A stretch of 64,000 nucleotides of DNA from NCBI GenBank assembly GCA_001916035.1, contig MNRQ01000018.1, positions 1,427 through 65,426 on the forward strand. Direction: 5' to 3'. A program made the translations under genes and the position numbers. Below, piece after piece: positions 11,801 to 19,781 of the stretch (within the stretch, counting starts at the first letter, position 1; each line of letters starts with the position of its first letter). Origin of the DNA: Clostridium sp. 27_14 (GTDB taxonomy: Bacteria; Bacillota; Clostridia; TANB77; CAG-508). Under the pieces are notes generated by a model. That model was not told the DNA's origin and did no database searches. It was given only the letters and a program-made list of their open reading frames with translations.

Positions 11801-13179
11801 AAGACAACGTAAAACTTCCAGAAGACAACCAATTACCATCATATAAAGATGAAGAAACAGGAGACTATGTACCAGGACAACAAGACGACGACGACTTCGA
11901 AAAAGTAATAATAAAACCATTTGACTTAGCATTAAGAAAATTCATAACAAAGGTAAACAACACAGAAGTAAACACACGTATACCACAAGTAAAATACGAT
12001 TCAGAAAACAACAAAATAACATATGAACATACAAAAGACCCAGTAGATGTAGTAACAAATGACATAGTTACATACACAATAAGAGTATTCAATGAAGGAA
12101 TGAAAGACGGATACGCAGCAGAAATATCAGACGATATGCCAGCAGGACTAGAATTTTTACCAGACAATGAAACAAACAAAGAATACAGATGGGTAATGTA
12201 TGACAAAGACGGAAACAAAACAGAAGATGTATCAAAAGCAGTAAAAATAAGAACAGACTACTTATCAAAAGAACAAGGCGAAGCAAAAATGAAAGAAGAC
12301 ACATCTTTAACAGAAAATCCATATTTACTAAAAGCATTTGACGGAAGCAAAGAAATATCAGAAGAAAATCCAGACAATGCAGACGTTAAAGTAGCATTCA
12401 AAGTAGTAGAACCAAACACATCAGACAAAATAATAGTAAACTCTGCACAAATATCAAAAGACACAGACAAAAACGGAAAAGACATAGACGATATAGACTC
12501 AACACCAGACAAATGGAACGAAGGAGAAGACGATCAAGACAGAGAATACATAAAACTAAACTACTTTGACTTAGCATTAAGAAAATGGGTAACACAAGCA
12601 ATAGTAATAGAAAACGGAAAAGAAACAGTAACACAAACAGGACACACACCAGAACAAGACCCAGAACCAATTGTAAAAGTTGATTTAAACCGTAAAAAAC
12701 TAAATAAAGTAACAGTCAAATTCAGATATTCAATAAGAATAACAAATGAAGGAGACATAGCAGGATATGCGAAAGAAATAAAAGACTATATACCAGCAGG
12801 ATTAAAATTTGTAGCAACAGACAACCCAGGATGGACAGAGTTAGGAAACAACATAATAACAACAAACTTATTAGCAGACAAATTACTACAACCAGGAGAA
12901 AGTGCAGACGTGCAAGTACTACTAACATGGATAAACGGACAAAACAACATGGGACTAAAAACAAACATAGCAGAAATATCAAAAGACTATAATGACAGAG
13001 GAGTACCAGATAGAGACTCAACACCAGACAACAAAAAAGACGGTGAAGACGATATAGACGATGCACCAGTTATGTTATCAATAGCAACAGGTAAAGTAAA
13101 AACATATTTTGCATTAGGATTTACAGTTTTAATAATGCTAGCAGGAGGAATCGTATTAATCAAAAAATTCGTATTATAA
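8827..13179 (+). CDS. giant surface adhesin: signal peptide, thioester-like domain, five DUF11/prealbumin-like repeats, C-terminal membrane anchor
   Basis: Signal peptide MKSKKLKLSILLFAISIFAILFMPHSVEAS. TLYCVKAG and QQAALWYF resemble thioester-domain Cys and Gln motifs. Five FDLALRK...YNEG...GY..EI.D..P.GLEF...D.DS.P units. The tail is LSIATG followed by a hydrophobic stretch and KK. Confidence 0.8.
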   Translation: MKSKKLKLSILLFAISIFAILFMPHSVEASTKLNPNWYIGINEYRSNTTPANMGYSIKKPNNHLTIDQGYKIWEIVKYNSNNESDTNYSTDLTLYCVKAGVGFRELSTDQTTGSSKPAIKRATYTTAYNLLRDKAELLSLKDTNKTLYSLVSTDNYYGILALADLMYIPEKSTAQEKTELINAALKANNINPANYNTSLTDEDVDAVQQAALWYFTNYDGGDSYTNVFNQLGKKTWLFYKTTTMSEYTSLQDYNPIVDGNQTEAGLDRDEQATYLYDYLVNTAKANIAKYKDGTITPKSKVTLYTDPTVEDHQPVISIEKETPFDMALRKYITKVTTKEGKTTDLSSSTSTTRNPSIDTATIDTEYTATYKHRKDPVTVKTGDIVTYNISVYNEGTKAGRVTKIVDQLPTGLKFSSLSESAKNIYDATWDATTNKVTFVRKSTNTENLAAYTNGNLKSETIEFTCEVTKKASTTDKEVLTNVAWIAEEYNAVDNLTITKTKGDDRDSEPETKPNVNKDNMSNYKGNTSNKNELGDSNYFYKGEQDDDDFEKLVLLPNEFDLKLIKRITEVNDVKVPERIQSVDTSKLNTVGADGKIITTATYKMDKNPVSVKKGDIVKYGIRVYNEGAMDGYASEISEDVPEGLEFIWSEKLEDELNKDTTLTKSEKDAILYNQLIWTPKTINKDTKKIEVITTNYLAKGEGVEKSGTGTNLIKAFDSEKQTLNYKEVYVYMKVISDNVGGSIIRNEAAITKDSDSDGNDVTDRDSTPEEWKKENDDKYYDDNKKWPSYKEDDEDYDNIILQSFDLALRKFIIAVSPDAEISENEYLKDKNGNYTRAPQVDTSKLNTTGTDGKIITTATYNHPKDPVEVNKDDIVVYMLRVYNEGDIDGYATEIKDHLPPTLEFVEGEFNDKYNWKVSKDGRTVTTDYLKESKIEKAKKDTNGKIVLSYVEVPIMCKLKDTAKVNEVITNIADITKFTDGDKNTIRDRDSEEDNVKLPEDNQLPSYKDEETGDYVPGQQDDDDFEKVIIKPFDLALRKFITKVNNTEVNTRIPQVKYDSENNKITYEHTKDPVDVVTNDIVTYTIRVFNEGMKDGYAAEISDDMPAGLEFLPDNETNKEYRWVMYDKDGNKTEDVSKAVKIRTDYLSKEQGEAKMKEDTSLTENPYLLKAFDGSKEISEENPDNADVKVAFKVVEPNTSDKIIVNSAQISKDTDKNGKDIDDIDSTPDKWNEGEDDQDREYIKLNYFDLALRKWVTQAIVIENGKETVTQTGHTPEQDPEPIVKVDLNRKKLNKVTVKFRYSIRITNEGDIAGYAKEIKDYIPAGLKFVATDNPGWTELGNNIITTNLLADKLLQPGESADVQVLLTWINGQNNMGLKTNIAEISKDYNDRGVPDRDSTPDNKKDGEDDIDDAPVMLSIATGKVKTYFALGFTVLIMLAGGIVLIKKFVL

Positions 13180-13210
13180 AAACAAAAAATAATTAAGAAA
13201 ATATACTAAA

Positions 13211-13247
13211 AAGAACCTTCAAAGAAAACCTACTTTGAAGGTTCTTA
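13211..13247 (+). terminator. 14-bp hairpin after the adhesin gene (weak U-tract)
   Basis: aagaaccttcaaag / ctttgaaggttctt. Confidence 0.55.
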
Positions 13248-13299
13248 CAATTAAGAAAGAAAATGAAAATTAAAGGAATCCAAAAATTCAAAAAAAACA

Positions 13300-13328
13300 T
13301 TTACAATTACAAAGTGCTATGATATAAT
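13300..13328 (+). promoter_or_regulatory. sigma-A type promoter
   Basis: TTTACA, 17 nt, TATAAT. Confidence 0.6.
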
Positions 13329-13399
13329 TTCAAAAGAAAACAAAAATAATGTAATTAATATTACACAATTGAAAAAAGCCAGGAAGGAAGGAAAAGAAT

Positions 13400-14350
13400 A
13401 TGAATCAAATTTTAGCCACAAAAACAGACAACAAAAAACGAAAAAAGCCAAAAATGCCAGGAAAATCAGTATCATCAGATATAGCAAAAGTAACAAAAGT
13501 TTTTGCAATAGGACTAATCATATTTGGAGGCTGTGTAATAGGAACAGGTTCATATTCTTTATACAAAGAAAAAGAAACAAATAATAAAACAACAATAAAC
13601 GAAATGTCAAAACCAGTAATTTCAGTAGAAGCAATAGAAGGAGACGAATCAACAATACTATTAAAAACCACAAGTAATATAGGAATAGAAACAGTAGTAT
13701 ACCAATGGAACGACGGAAAAAAGACAACACTAACAGGAAATGGAGGAAAGTACTTAGAACAAAAAGTACAAATACCATCAGGAAGTAATGTATTAAACAT
13801 AACAGTAGTAGACAGTCAAAACCAAGAAAGCACATACTCTAAAAAATACGAATTAAATAGTAATATAAAACTAGAAGCAATAGGAAATGGAAAAATAAAA
13901 ATAGAATATGCAGGAGAAACAGAAATCTCATATCTAACATACCGTTGGGACGATCAAGACGAAAACAAAATAGACATAAACTCAAAAACAATAAACCAAG
14001 AAATAGACACACTAAACGGAAAACACACACTAACAATAATAGTAGTAGACGTAAACAATCACACAGAAACAAAAGTACAACAAACAAATGGAGTATCAAT
14101 ACCAACAATAGACATCAGATTTAACGAAGACAAAACATCATATATAATAAACGTAAAAGATGATGTAGAACTAAAAGAAGTAATAATAACATTAGACGAA
14201 GACGACAGCAAAAAATACGGACAAAAAATAAACGGAAAAGAATTCCAATTCGAAATAGCACTAAAAGAAGGCAGTGACAACAAAATGAAAGTACAAGTCA
14301 CAAACTCTGATGACCAAACAGCAGAAAAAGCAGTAATGTTTAGCAAATAA
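13400..14350 (+). CDS. membrane-anchored protein with three Ig-like repeats of about 80 aa
   Basis: Basic N-terminus, one TM segment (VFAIGLIIFGGCVIGTG), then three similar beta-rich repeats. Good RBS. Confidence 0.65.
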   Translation: MNQILATKTDNKKRKKPKMPGKSVSSDIAKVTKVFAIGLIIFGGCVIGTGSYSLYKEKETNNKTTINEMSKPVISVEAIEGDESTILLKTTSNIGIETVVYQWNDGKKTTLTGNGGKYLEQKVQIPSGSNVLNITVVDSQNQESTYSKKYELNSNIKLEAIGNGKIKIEYAGETEISYLTYRWDDQDENKIDINSKTINQEIDTLNGKHTLTIIVVDVNNHTETKVQQTNGVSIPTIDIRFNEDKTSYIINVKDDVELKEVIITLDEDDSKKYGQKINGKEFQFEIALKEGSDNKMKVQVTNSDDQTAEKAVMFSK

Positions 14351-14380
14351 TTCTAGGAAGTTCGGAGAACTTTCCTAGAA
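14351..14380 (+). terminator. hairpin terminator
   Basis: ttctaggaagtt-cggag-aactttcctagaa. Confidence 0.6.
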
Positions 14381-14460
14381 TATAAAAAGCAGCATAGTTA
14401 ATAAAACAAAATTAACATGTTGCTTTTAGTGGACTATAATAAGCAAAAGGAGAAAAAATA

Positions 14461-15390
14461 ATGGTACAAGATATATATATAATAGATGACGACGAATCAT
14501 CAATACTAGTATTTAAAGAATTATTTAAAGAAGACACAGAATATAAATTCATAAGTGTAAAATCAGATATGATAGAAGTAGCATTAAAAAACATACCATC
14601 AATGATAATAATAAACGAAGACGCAATAGACATGAACATAATAGACCTATGCAAAAAAATAAGAAATGACGACGACAACACAATAACACCAGTAATAGTA
14701 GTATCATCAAACGACAACTCTGAACACAGAATAAAAATCTTACAAGAATCAATAGAATACTACATAAAAAAACCAGTAAACGAAAAATATCTATATTACA
14801 CTGTAAAAAATGTATTAAGATTACTAGCAATAAACAGAAGAATAAGTCCACTAACAGGCTTACCAGGAAATGTACAAATACACGCAGAACTAAAAAAAAG
14901 ATTAGCAAACAAAGAACCATTTTCAGTACTATATGTAGACTTAGACAACTTCAAAGCATATAATGATGTATATGGATTTTTAAAAGGAGACGAAATAATA
15001 AAATTCACAGCAGAAGTAATAGTAAGCAATGTACATCAAGAAATACCAGAAGGAAGTTTTGTAGGGCACATCGGAGGAGACGACTTTGTAGCAATAATAC
15101 CAACAACACAATGTGACAAAATATGTCAAGACATAATATCAACATTTGACACAAATGTATTAAAATTCTTCACACCAGAAGACATAGAAAGAGGATACAT
15201 AGAAGTAGCAAACAGAAAAGGAATAATAGAACAATTTCCACTAACATCAGTATCAATAGGTGTAGTAGTAGCAGATGTCAACAGATTCTACAACATGCTA
15301 GAAATAGGAGAAGTAGGTGCACAAGTAAAACACGCAGCAAAATCAGTAATGGGCAGCAGTTACTCAGTAGACAAACGAAAAATATTATAA
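14461..15390 (+). CDS. receiver-like domain fused to a GGDEF-family domain (motif GGDDF)
   Basis: N-terminal CheY-like fold (IIDDDE ... YIKKP). The C-terminal part has LTGLPGN...DLDNFKAYND.YGF..GD...HIGGDDFVAI. Confidence 0.8.
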   Translation: MVQDIYIIDDDESSILVFKELFKEDTEYKFISVKSDMIEVALKNIPSMIIINEDAIDMNIIDLCKKIRNDDDNTITPVIVVSSNDNSEHRIKILQESIEYYIKKPVNEKYLYYTVKNVLRLLAINRRISPLTGLPGNVQIHAELKKRLANKEPFSVLYVDLDNFKAYNDVYGFLKGDEIIKFTAEVIVSNVHQEIPEGSFVGHIGGDDFVAIIPTTQCDKICQDIISTFDTNVLKFFTPEDIERGYIEVANRKGIIEQFPLTSVSIGVVVADVNRFYNMLEIGEVGAQVKHAAKSVMGSSYSVDKRKIL

Positions 15391-15400
15391 TATTAAAAAT

Positions 15401-15449
15401 AAACTCCTCATATATATAATAATATAAAATATATAAGAGGAGTTTTTAG
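15401..15449 (+). terminator. hairpin terminator
   Basis: aaactcctc / gaggagttt stem with an AT loop, then TTTT. Confidence 0.6.
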
Positions 15450-15450
15450 T

Positions 15451-16237
15451 TTGAAAAAATTAAAAACATCCATTACTATATGTAGCTTTAAATTAAGCAA
15501 GAAAGGAATGGAATTTAATATGATAATTTTAGACAGGAAAAGAATAAGTGTAATGTTACTAATAATATTAGTAGGAATCTTCACATTTTCATATAAAACA
15601 ACAGAAAAAGAAAATAAAGAAACACAAAAATATGTAGCAGCAACACCAGTAGCAAACAAAGTAATAATATTAGACGCAGGACACGGAATACCAGATGAGC
15701 GGAGCACAAAGTAGCAATGGAACAACAGAAGCAGAAACAAATCTAAAAATAACTTTAAAAGTACAAGAATTACTAGAACAAAGTGGATGCACAGTAATCT
15801 TAACAAGATCAGACGAAAATGCAATATACAGTTTAGACGCAAAAACACTAAAAGAAAAAAAGGTATCAGACATCAGAAACCGTGTAAAAATAGGAAATAA
15901 CTCATCAGCAGACATATTTGTATCAATACACCTAAACAAAATACCACAACCCCAATACTCAGGATGGCAATGTTTTTACCAAGCAAAAAGTGAACAAAGT
16001 CAAAAACTAGCCAAAAGTATACAAAAAAATTTGAATGAAACAATACAAAAAGAAAACAACAGAGTAGCAATGAAATTAGACAACGTATATATAATAAAAC
16101 ACGTAGAAATACCATTATCAATAGTAGAATGTGGATTTTTATCAAATCCAGAAGAAGAAAAACAACTATTAGACAATGATTACCAAGACCACCTAGCATG
16201 GGGAATTTATATGGGAATAATCAATTACTTTAACTAA
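15451..16237 (+). pseudogene. cwlD: N-acetylmuramoyl-L-alanine amidase CwlD-like, interrupted by a single +1 frameshift at an in-frame CGG
   Basis: ORFs 15451..15714 and 15695..16237. LDAGHG, TEAE, VSIHLN and ECGFLSNPEE Amidase_3 motifs are intact. Skipping C 15700 gives GHGIPDEGAQSSNG, matching the GHG..D.GA block. Confidence 0.85.
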
Positions 16238-16296
16238 GTCATAAAATCTCCCAAATAAGCATAATATATAATAGCTTATTTAAGGGAGATGTTTTT

Positions 16297-17070
16297 ATGT
16301 TTTTAGTATTTAACAAAGACAAAATATATGCATACGGAATATCCATAATAACAGTAATATTACTATTTTGCGCAGCAAGCACAATGCTAACAGACAACCC
16401 AGAAACAATATTAACAGGAAGCACAGCAGGAAAACAACTACCAATATATAAAGTAGACACTCAAGAAAAAAAGGTAGCACTAACAATAAATTGTGCATGG
16501 AATGACAGCGACATAGACAACATATTACAAACACTAAACAATAACAACTGTAAAGTAACATTTTTTATGGTAGGAGACTGGGTAAAAAAATACCCAGAAG
16601 CAGCCAAAAAAGTAAAAGAAGCAGGACATGAAATAGGAACACATTCAAACACACACCCACATGTAAACAATCTAGACTACGAAAAAAACGCAAACGAACT
16701 AAAAGAAAGTGCAAAAATAATAAAAGAAACCACAGGAGCAGAAGTAAAACTATATAGACCACCATATGGAGAATATAATGACACAGTAATAAAAGTAGCA
16801 AATGAAAACGGATACATACCAATACAATGGTCACTAGACACACTAGACTACACAAAAATAACAGGAGAGCAAATGTGGGAAAGACTAAAAAACAAAATAA
16901 CAGCAGGAGACATAATTTTAATGCACAACGGAACAGAACACACAGCAGACTCACTAGACATGATTATAAAAAATATAAAAAGCAGTGGATTTGAAGTAGC
17001 AAGAGTCTCAGATATTATTTATACTGAAAATTATACAATAGACACAAATGGAACGCAAAGAAGAAAATAA
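16297..17070 (+). CDS. polysaccharide deacetylase (NodB homology domain, PdaA/PdaB-like)
   Basis: N-terminal TM segment, GHEIGTHSNTHPH, RPPYGEYN, ILMHNG. Confidence 0.85.
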   Translation: MFLVFNKDKIYAYGISIITVILLFCAASTMLTDNPETILTGSTAGKQLPIYKVDTQEKKVALTINCAWNDSDIDNILQTLNNNNCKVTFFMVGDWVKKYPEAAKKVKEAGHEIGTHSNTHPHVNNLDYEKNANELKESAKIIKETTGAEVKLYRPPYGEYNDTVIKVANENGYIPIQWSLDTLDYTKITGEQMWERLKNKITAGDIILMHNGTEHTADSLDMIIKNIKSSGFEVARVSDIIYTENYTIDTNGTQRRK

Positions 17071-17128
17071 AAAAGAATGTATAAAATTTCCAAACAAGTA
17101 AATAATAATAGAAGTGAGAGGTTTGTAT

Positions 17129-17626
17129 ATGATTTTTTTTGGAATTATTTCAAATAAAAAAGATTTTAATATAATAAAATTAGAGATAGAAAAAAGTATA
17201 AAAGATGCAAGTATAATATTAATAGACAAAGAAAATATAGAAAATTTACAAAACATCAAATTTGAAGCACTAATCATAAATAGTGAAATAAACCTAGACA
17301 ATAAAAGCATCGTATTCTTGCAAAAAATCTGTAAAAATTTAAAATATTTAATAGTAAACACAGACAAAAACACTTATGTAAACATATTGAATAATGACAG
17401 AATATGCATAATAACTTATGGTTTAAATCACAAATGCACAGTCACAGCATCAAGCATAAAAGAAGAAAACATAATGATAGCATTACAACGAGAAATAATA
17501 GACAGATATGGACATCTAATGATAATAGGAGAAAAAAGAGTAAAACCAATAGAAAACCTAGATGTATATGGCACAATGACAATTTTTATAATAAAATTAC
17601 TATACTTAAAAAACATGCAAATCTGA
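17129..17626 (+). CDS. hypothetical protein
   Basis: ATG 17129 lies 7 nt after GAGAGG. 165 aa. No confident family assignment. Confidence 0.5.
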   Translation: MIFFGIISNKKDFNIIKLEIEKSIKDASIILIDKENIENLQNIKFEALIINSEINLDNKSIVFLQKICKNLKYLIVNTDKNTYVNILNNDRICIITYGLNHKCTVTASSIKEENIMIALQREIIDRYGHLMIIGEKRVKPIENLDVYGTMTIFIIKLLYLKNMQI

Positions 17627-17719
17627 ACAAAAAAATAAAAAAAGATTATATAAAAACAACAATAAATTAAAAAATAAAGAAATATTTACAAAAAAATCAA
17701 AAAAAATTAACTTTTTATG

Positions 17720-17748
17720 TAGACAAACCTTAAAAAATGTTGTATAAT
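17720..17748 (+). promoter_or_regulatory. sigma-A type promoter
   Basis: TAGACA, 17 nt, TATAAT. Confidence 0.55.
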
Positions 17749-17820
17749 GGTAATTGTAGGAAAACTCTGAGATAAATTATACAATTGAAAAAAATAAAAA
17801 AATATAGGGAGGAAACCAAA

Positions 17821-18528
17821 TTGGATACAAATTATTTAGAAAACAACTATTTAACATTAGTTGGAAGAGTAACAGGAGAAAAGAAATTTAGCCATGAAAT
17901 ATATGGAGAAAGATTCTTTATATTTAACTTAAGCATAGCACGCTTAAGTGGAAACGCAGACATAATACCAATAACAGTATCAGAAAGACTAATCACTGAC
18001 GAAATGCTACAAGAAGGTAAAAAAATATTAGTAAAAGGACAATTCCGTTCTTACAACAGTTATGAAAATGAAAGAAACAAATTAATATTAACAGTATTTG
18101 CAAAAGACGTTATTGAAGTAGAAGAAAACGAAGAAGACAGTGACATAGTAAAAAAAGAAAGTATAACAAACGAAGTAGTACTTATAGGATTTATATGCAA
18201 AAAACCAATTTACCGTCAAACACCATTTGGAAGAGAAATAGCAGACATATTATTAGCAGTAAACAGAGCATATAACAAATCAGACTATATACCATGTATA
18301 GCATGGGGAAGAAACGCAAGATTTTCACAAAACCTAGAAGTAGGAACAAAAGTAAAAGTAGTAGGAAGAGTGCAATCAAGAGAATATGAGAAAAAATATG
18401 AAGACGGAACATCAGAAGTAAAAGTAGCATATGAAGTATCAATAGGAAGTTTAGAAATAGTAGAAGAAAACGAAGAAGAAAATAACACAGAAACAGAAAA
18501 TGTAGAAAACAATCAAGAAGCTGTATAA
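17821..18528 (+). CDS. SSB-like protein with two OB-fold-like halves and an acidic tail
   Basis: GGGAGG plus 8 nt plus TTG 17821 (track start 17785 is less likely). LVGRV...F.L...R.SG..D..P..V...KG..RSYN is repeated as LIGFI...AVNRAYNKSDYIPCIAWG...VVGRVQSREY. Confidence 0.6.
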   Translation: MDTNYLENNYLTLVGRVTGEKKFSHEIYGERFFIFNLSIARLSGNADIIPITVSERLITDEMLQEGKKILVKGQFRSYNSYENERNKLILTVFAKDVIEVEENEEDSDIVKKESITNEVVLIGFICKKPIYRQTPFGREIADILLAVNRAYNKSDYIPCIAWGRNARFSQNLEVGTKVKVVGRVQSREYEKKYEDGTSEVKVAYEVSIGSLEIVEENEEENNTETENVENNQEAV

Positions 18529-18551
18529 ATCTAGAAAATACAAAAATAAAA

Positions 18552-18590
18552 AAATCTATCAAGAGAGTTTAAAATCTTGATAGATTTTTT
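18552..18590 (+). terminator. intrinsic terminator
   Basis: aaatctatcaag / cttgatagattt plus a T6 run. Confidence 0.8.
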
Positions 18591-18603
18591 ACATTAAAAT
18601 TTA

Positions 18604-18632
18604 TTGTTACAATTCAGAATATATGATATAAT
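18604..18632 (+). promoter_or_regulatory. sigma-A type promoter of the HipA-like operon
   Basis: TTGTTA, 17 nt, TATAAT. Confidence 0.6.
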
Positions 18633-18673
18633 TTTAAACAATACAAAGAGTAGAAAAAGAAAGGAAAAACAAA

Positions 18674-18895
18674 ATGAAAAAAAAATATGATGAAAAAATA
18701 TTAGAAAAGTGTTTACCACCATATTTAGAAAAAGATTTAGAAAACCTAAAAAAAGGAATAAAAAACAAAGTAAGTTACCTAGACTGCTTAATTGACGAAT
18801 TGCAAGGCTCAGTAAACAGTGCTTTTGTAGATGGAGACATAACAGAAGAACAATGTGACTATTTATACAAAAAATATATTAGAATGGAGAAATAA
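18674..18895 (+). CDS. small hypothetical protein upstream of the HipA-like kinase (no HTH recognised)
   Basis: 73 aa with a good RBS. The stop lies 1 nt before the kinase ATG. Confidence 0.6.
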   Translation: MKKKYDEKILEKCLPPYLEKDLENLKKGIKNKVSYLDCLIDELQGSVNSAFVDGDITEEQCDYLYKKYIRMEK

Positions 18896-18896
18896 C

Positions 18897-19781
18897 ATGA
18901 TAGATTTCACAAACTGCCAAAAAAATAAATACAAATATTATGGAGGAAAAAATGGAGGAAAAATATGCATCATATATAATAATCAAGATTACATGCTAAA
19001 ATTTCCTTCAATAAATAATGGAATATCAGAACATGAATACTCAAACAGTTGCATCTCAGAATATATAGCATGCCATATAATAAACTCCATAGGATTAAAT
19101 GTACAAGAAACAATACTAGGAAAATATAAAGTAGAAGAAGAAGAAAAAATAGTTGTAGCATGTAAAGATTTTACTTCAGGAGGAAATATATTAAAACAAT
19201 TTGCAGAACTAAAAAACAGTCAAATAGAAACATCAAAAAATGGATATGGAACAGAATTAGCAGAAGTCATAGAAACAATAGAAAATCAACCTATATGTGA
19301 TCCAGAAGAACTAAAAAAATTTTTTTGGGACATGTTCATAGTAGACAGTTTTGTAGGAAACTTCGATAGGCACAACGGAAATTGGGGATTTTTAATAAAT
19401 GAAACATTACAAAAAATAGAAATTGCACCAATATATGATTGTGCATCATGCCTATATCCACAACTAACAGATGAAAGAATAAACGAGATAATAAATAATC
19501 AAAATGAACTAGAAGCAAGAGTATATATTTTTCCAACATCAGCATTAAAAATAAAAGGCAAAAAAATAAACTATTTTGGATTTATAACAGGTTTAGAAAA
19601 CGAAGAATGTAATAAAGCATTAATAAGAATATTCCCAAAAATAAACCTAGAAAAAATATATAAAATTATAGACCAAACGCCATACATCACAGATATCAGA
19701 AAAGAATTTTACAAAAAAATATTAAACATGAGATATAACATAATACTAAAAAACAGTTACGAAAGTCTAAAAAATAAATGA
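18897..19781 (+). CDS. HipA-like Ser/Thr kinase, C-terminal core only
   Basis: YYGGKNGGK loop, MLKFP, and FVGNFDRHNGNWGFL (the HipA_C DRH.NG motif). GGAGA plus 6 nt plus ATG 18897, in frame with track ORF 18855. Confidence 0.7.
   Translation: MIDFTNCQKNKYKYYGGKNGGKICIIYNNQDYMLKFPSINNGISEHEYSNSCISEYIACHIINSIGLNVQETILGKYKVEEEEKIVVACKDFTSGGNILKQFAELKNSQIETSKNGYGTELAEVIETIENQPICDPEELKKFFWDMFIVDSFVGNFDRHNGNWGFLINETLQKIEIAPIYDCASCLYPQLTDERINEIINNQNELEARVYIFPTSALKIKGKKINYFGFITGLENEECNKALIRIFPKINLEKIYKIIDQTPYITDIRKEFYKKILNMRYNIILKNSYESLKNK

Noticed and set aside
9800-12700. Possible CRISPR or tandem-repeat array suggested by recurring sequence blocks.
   Set aside because: The repeats are in-frame protein-domain repeats of the adhesin. 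Units are about 600 nt and divergent. There is no short direct-repeat and spacer structure anywhere in the window.
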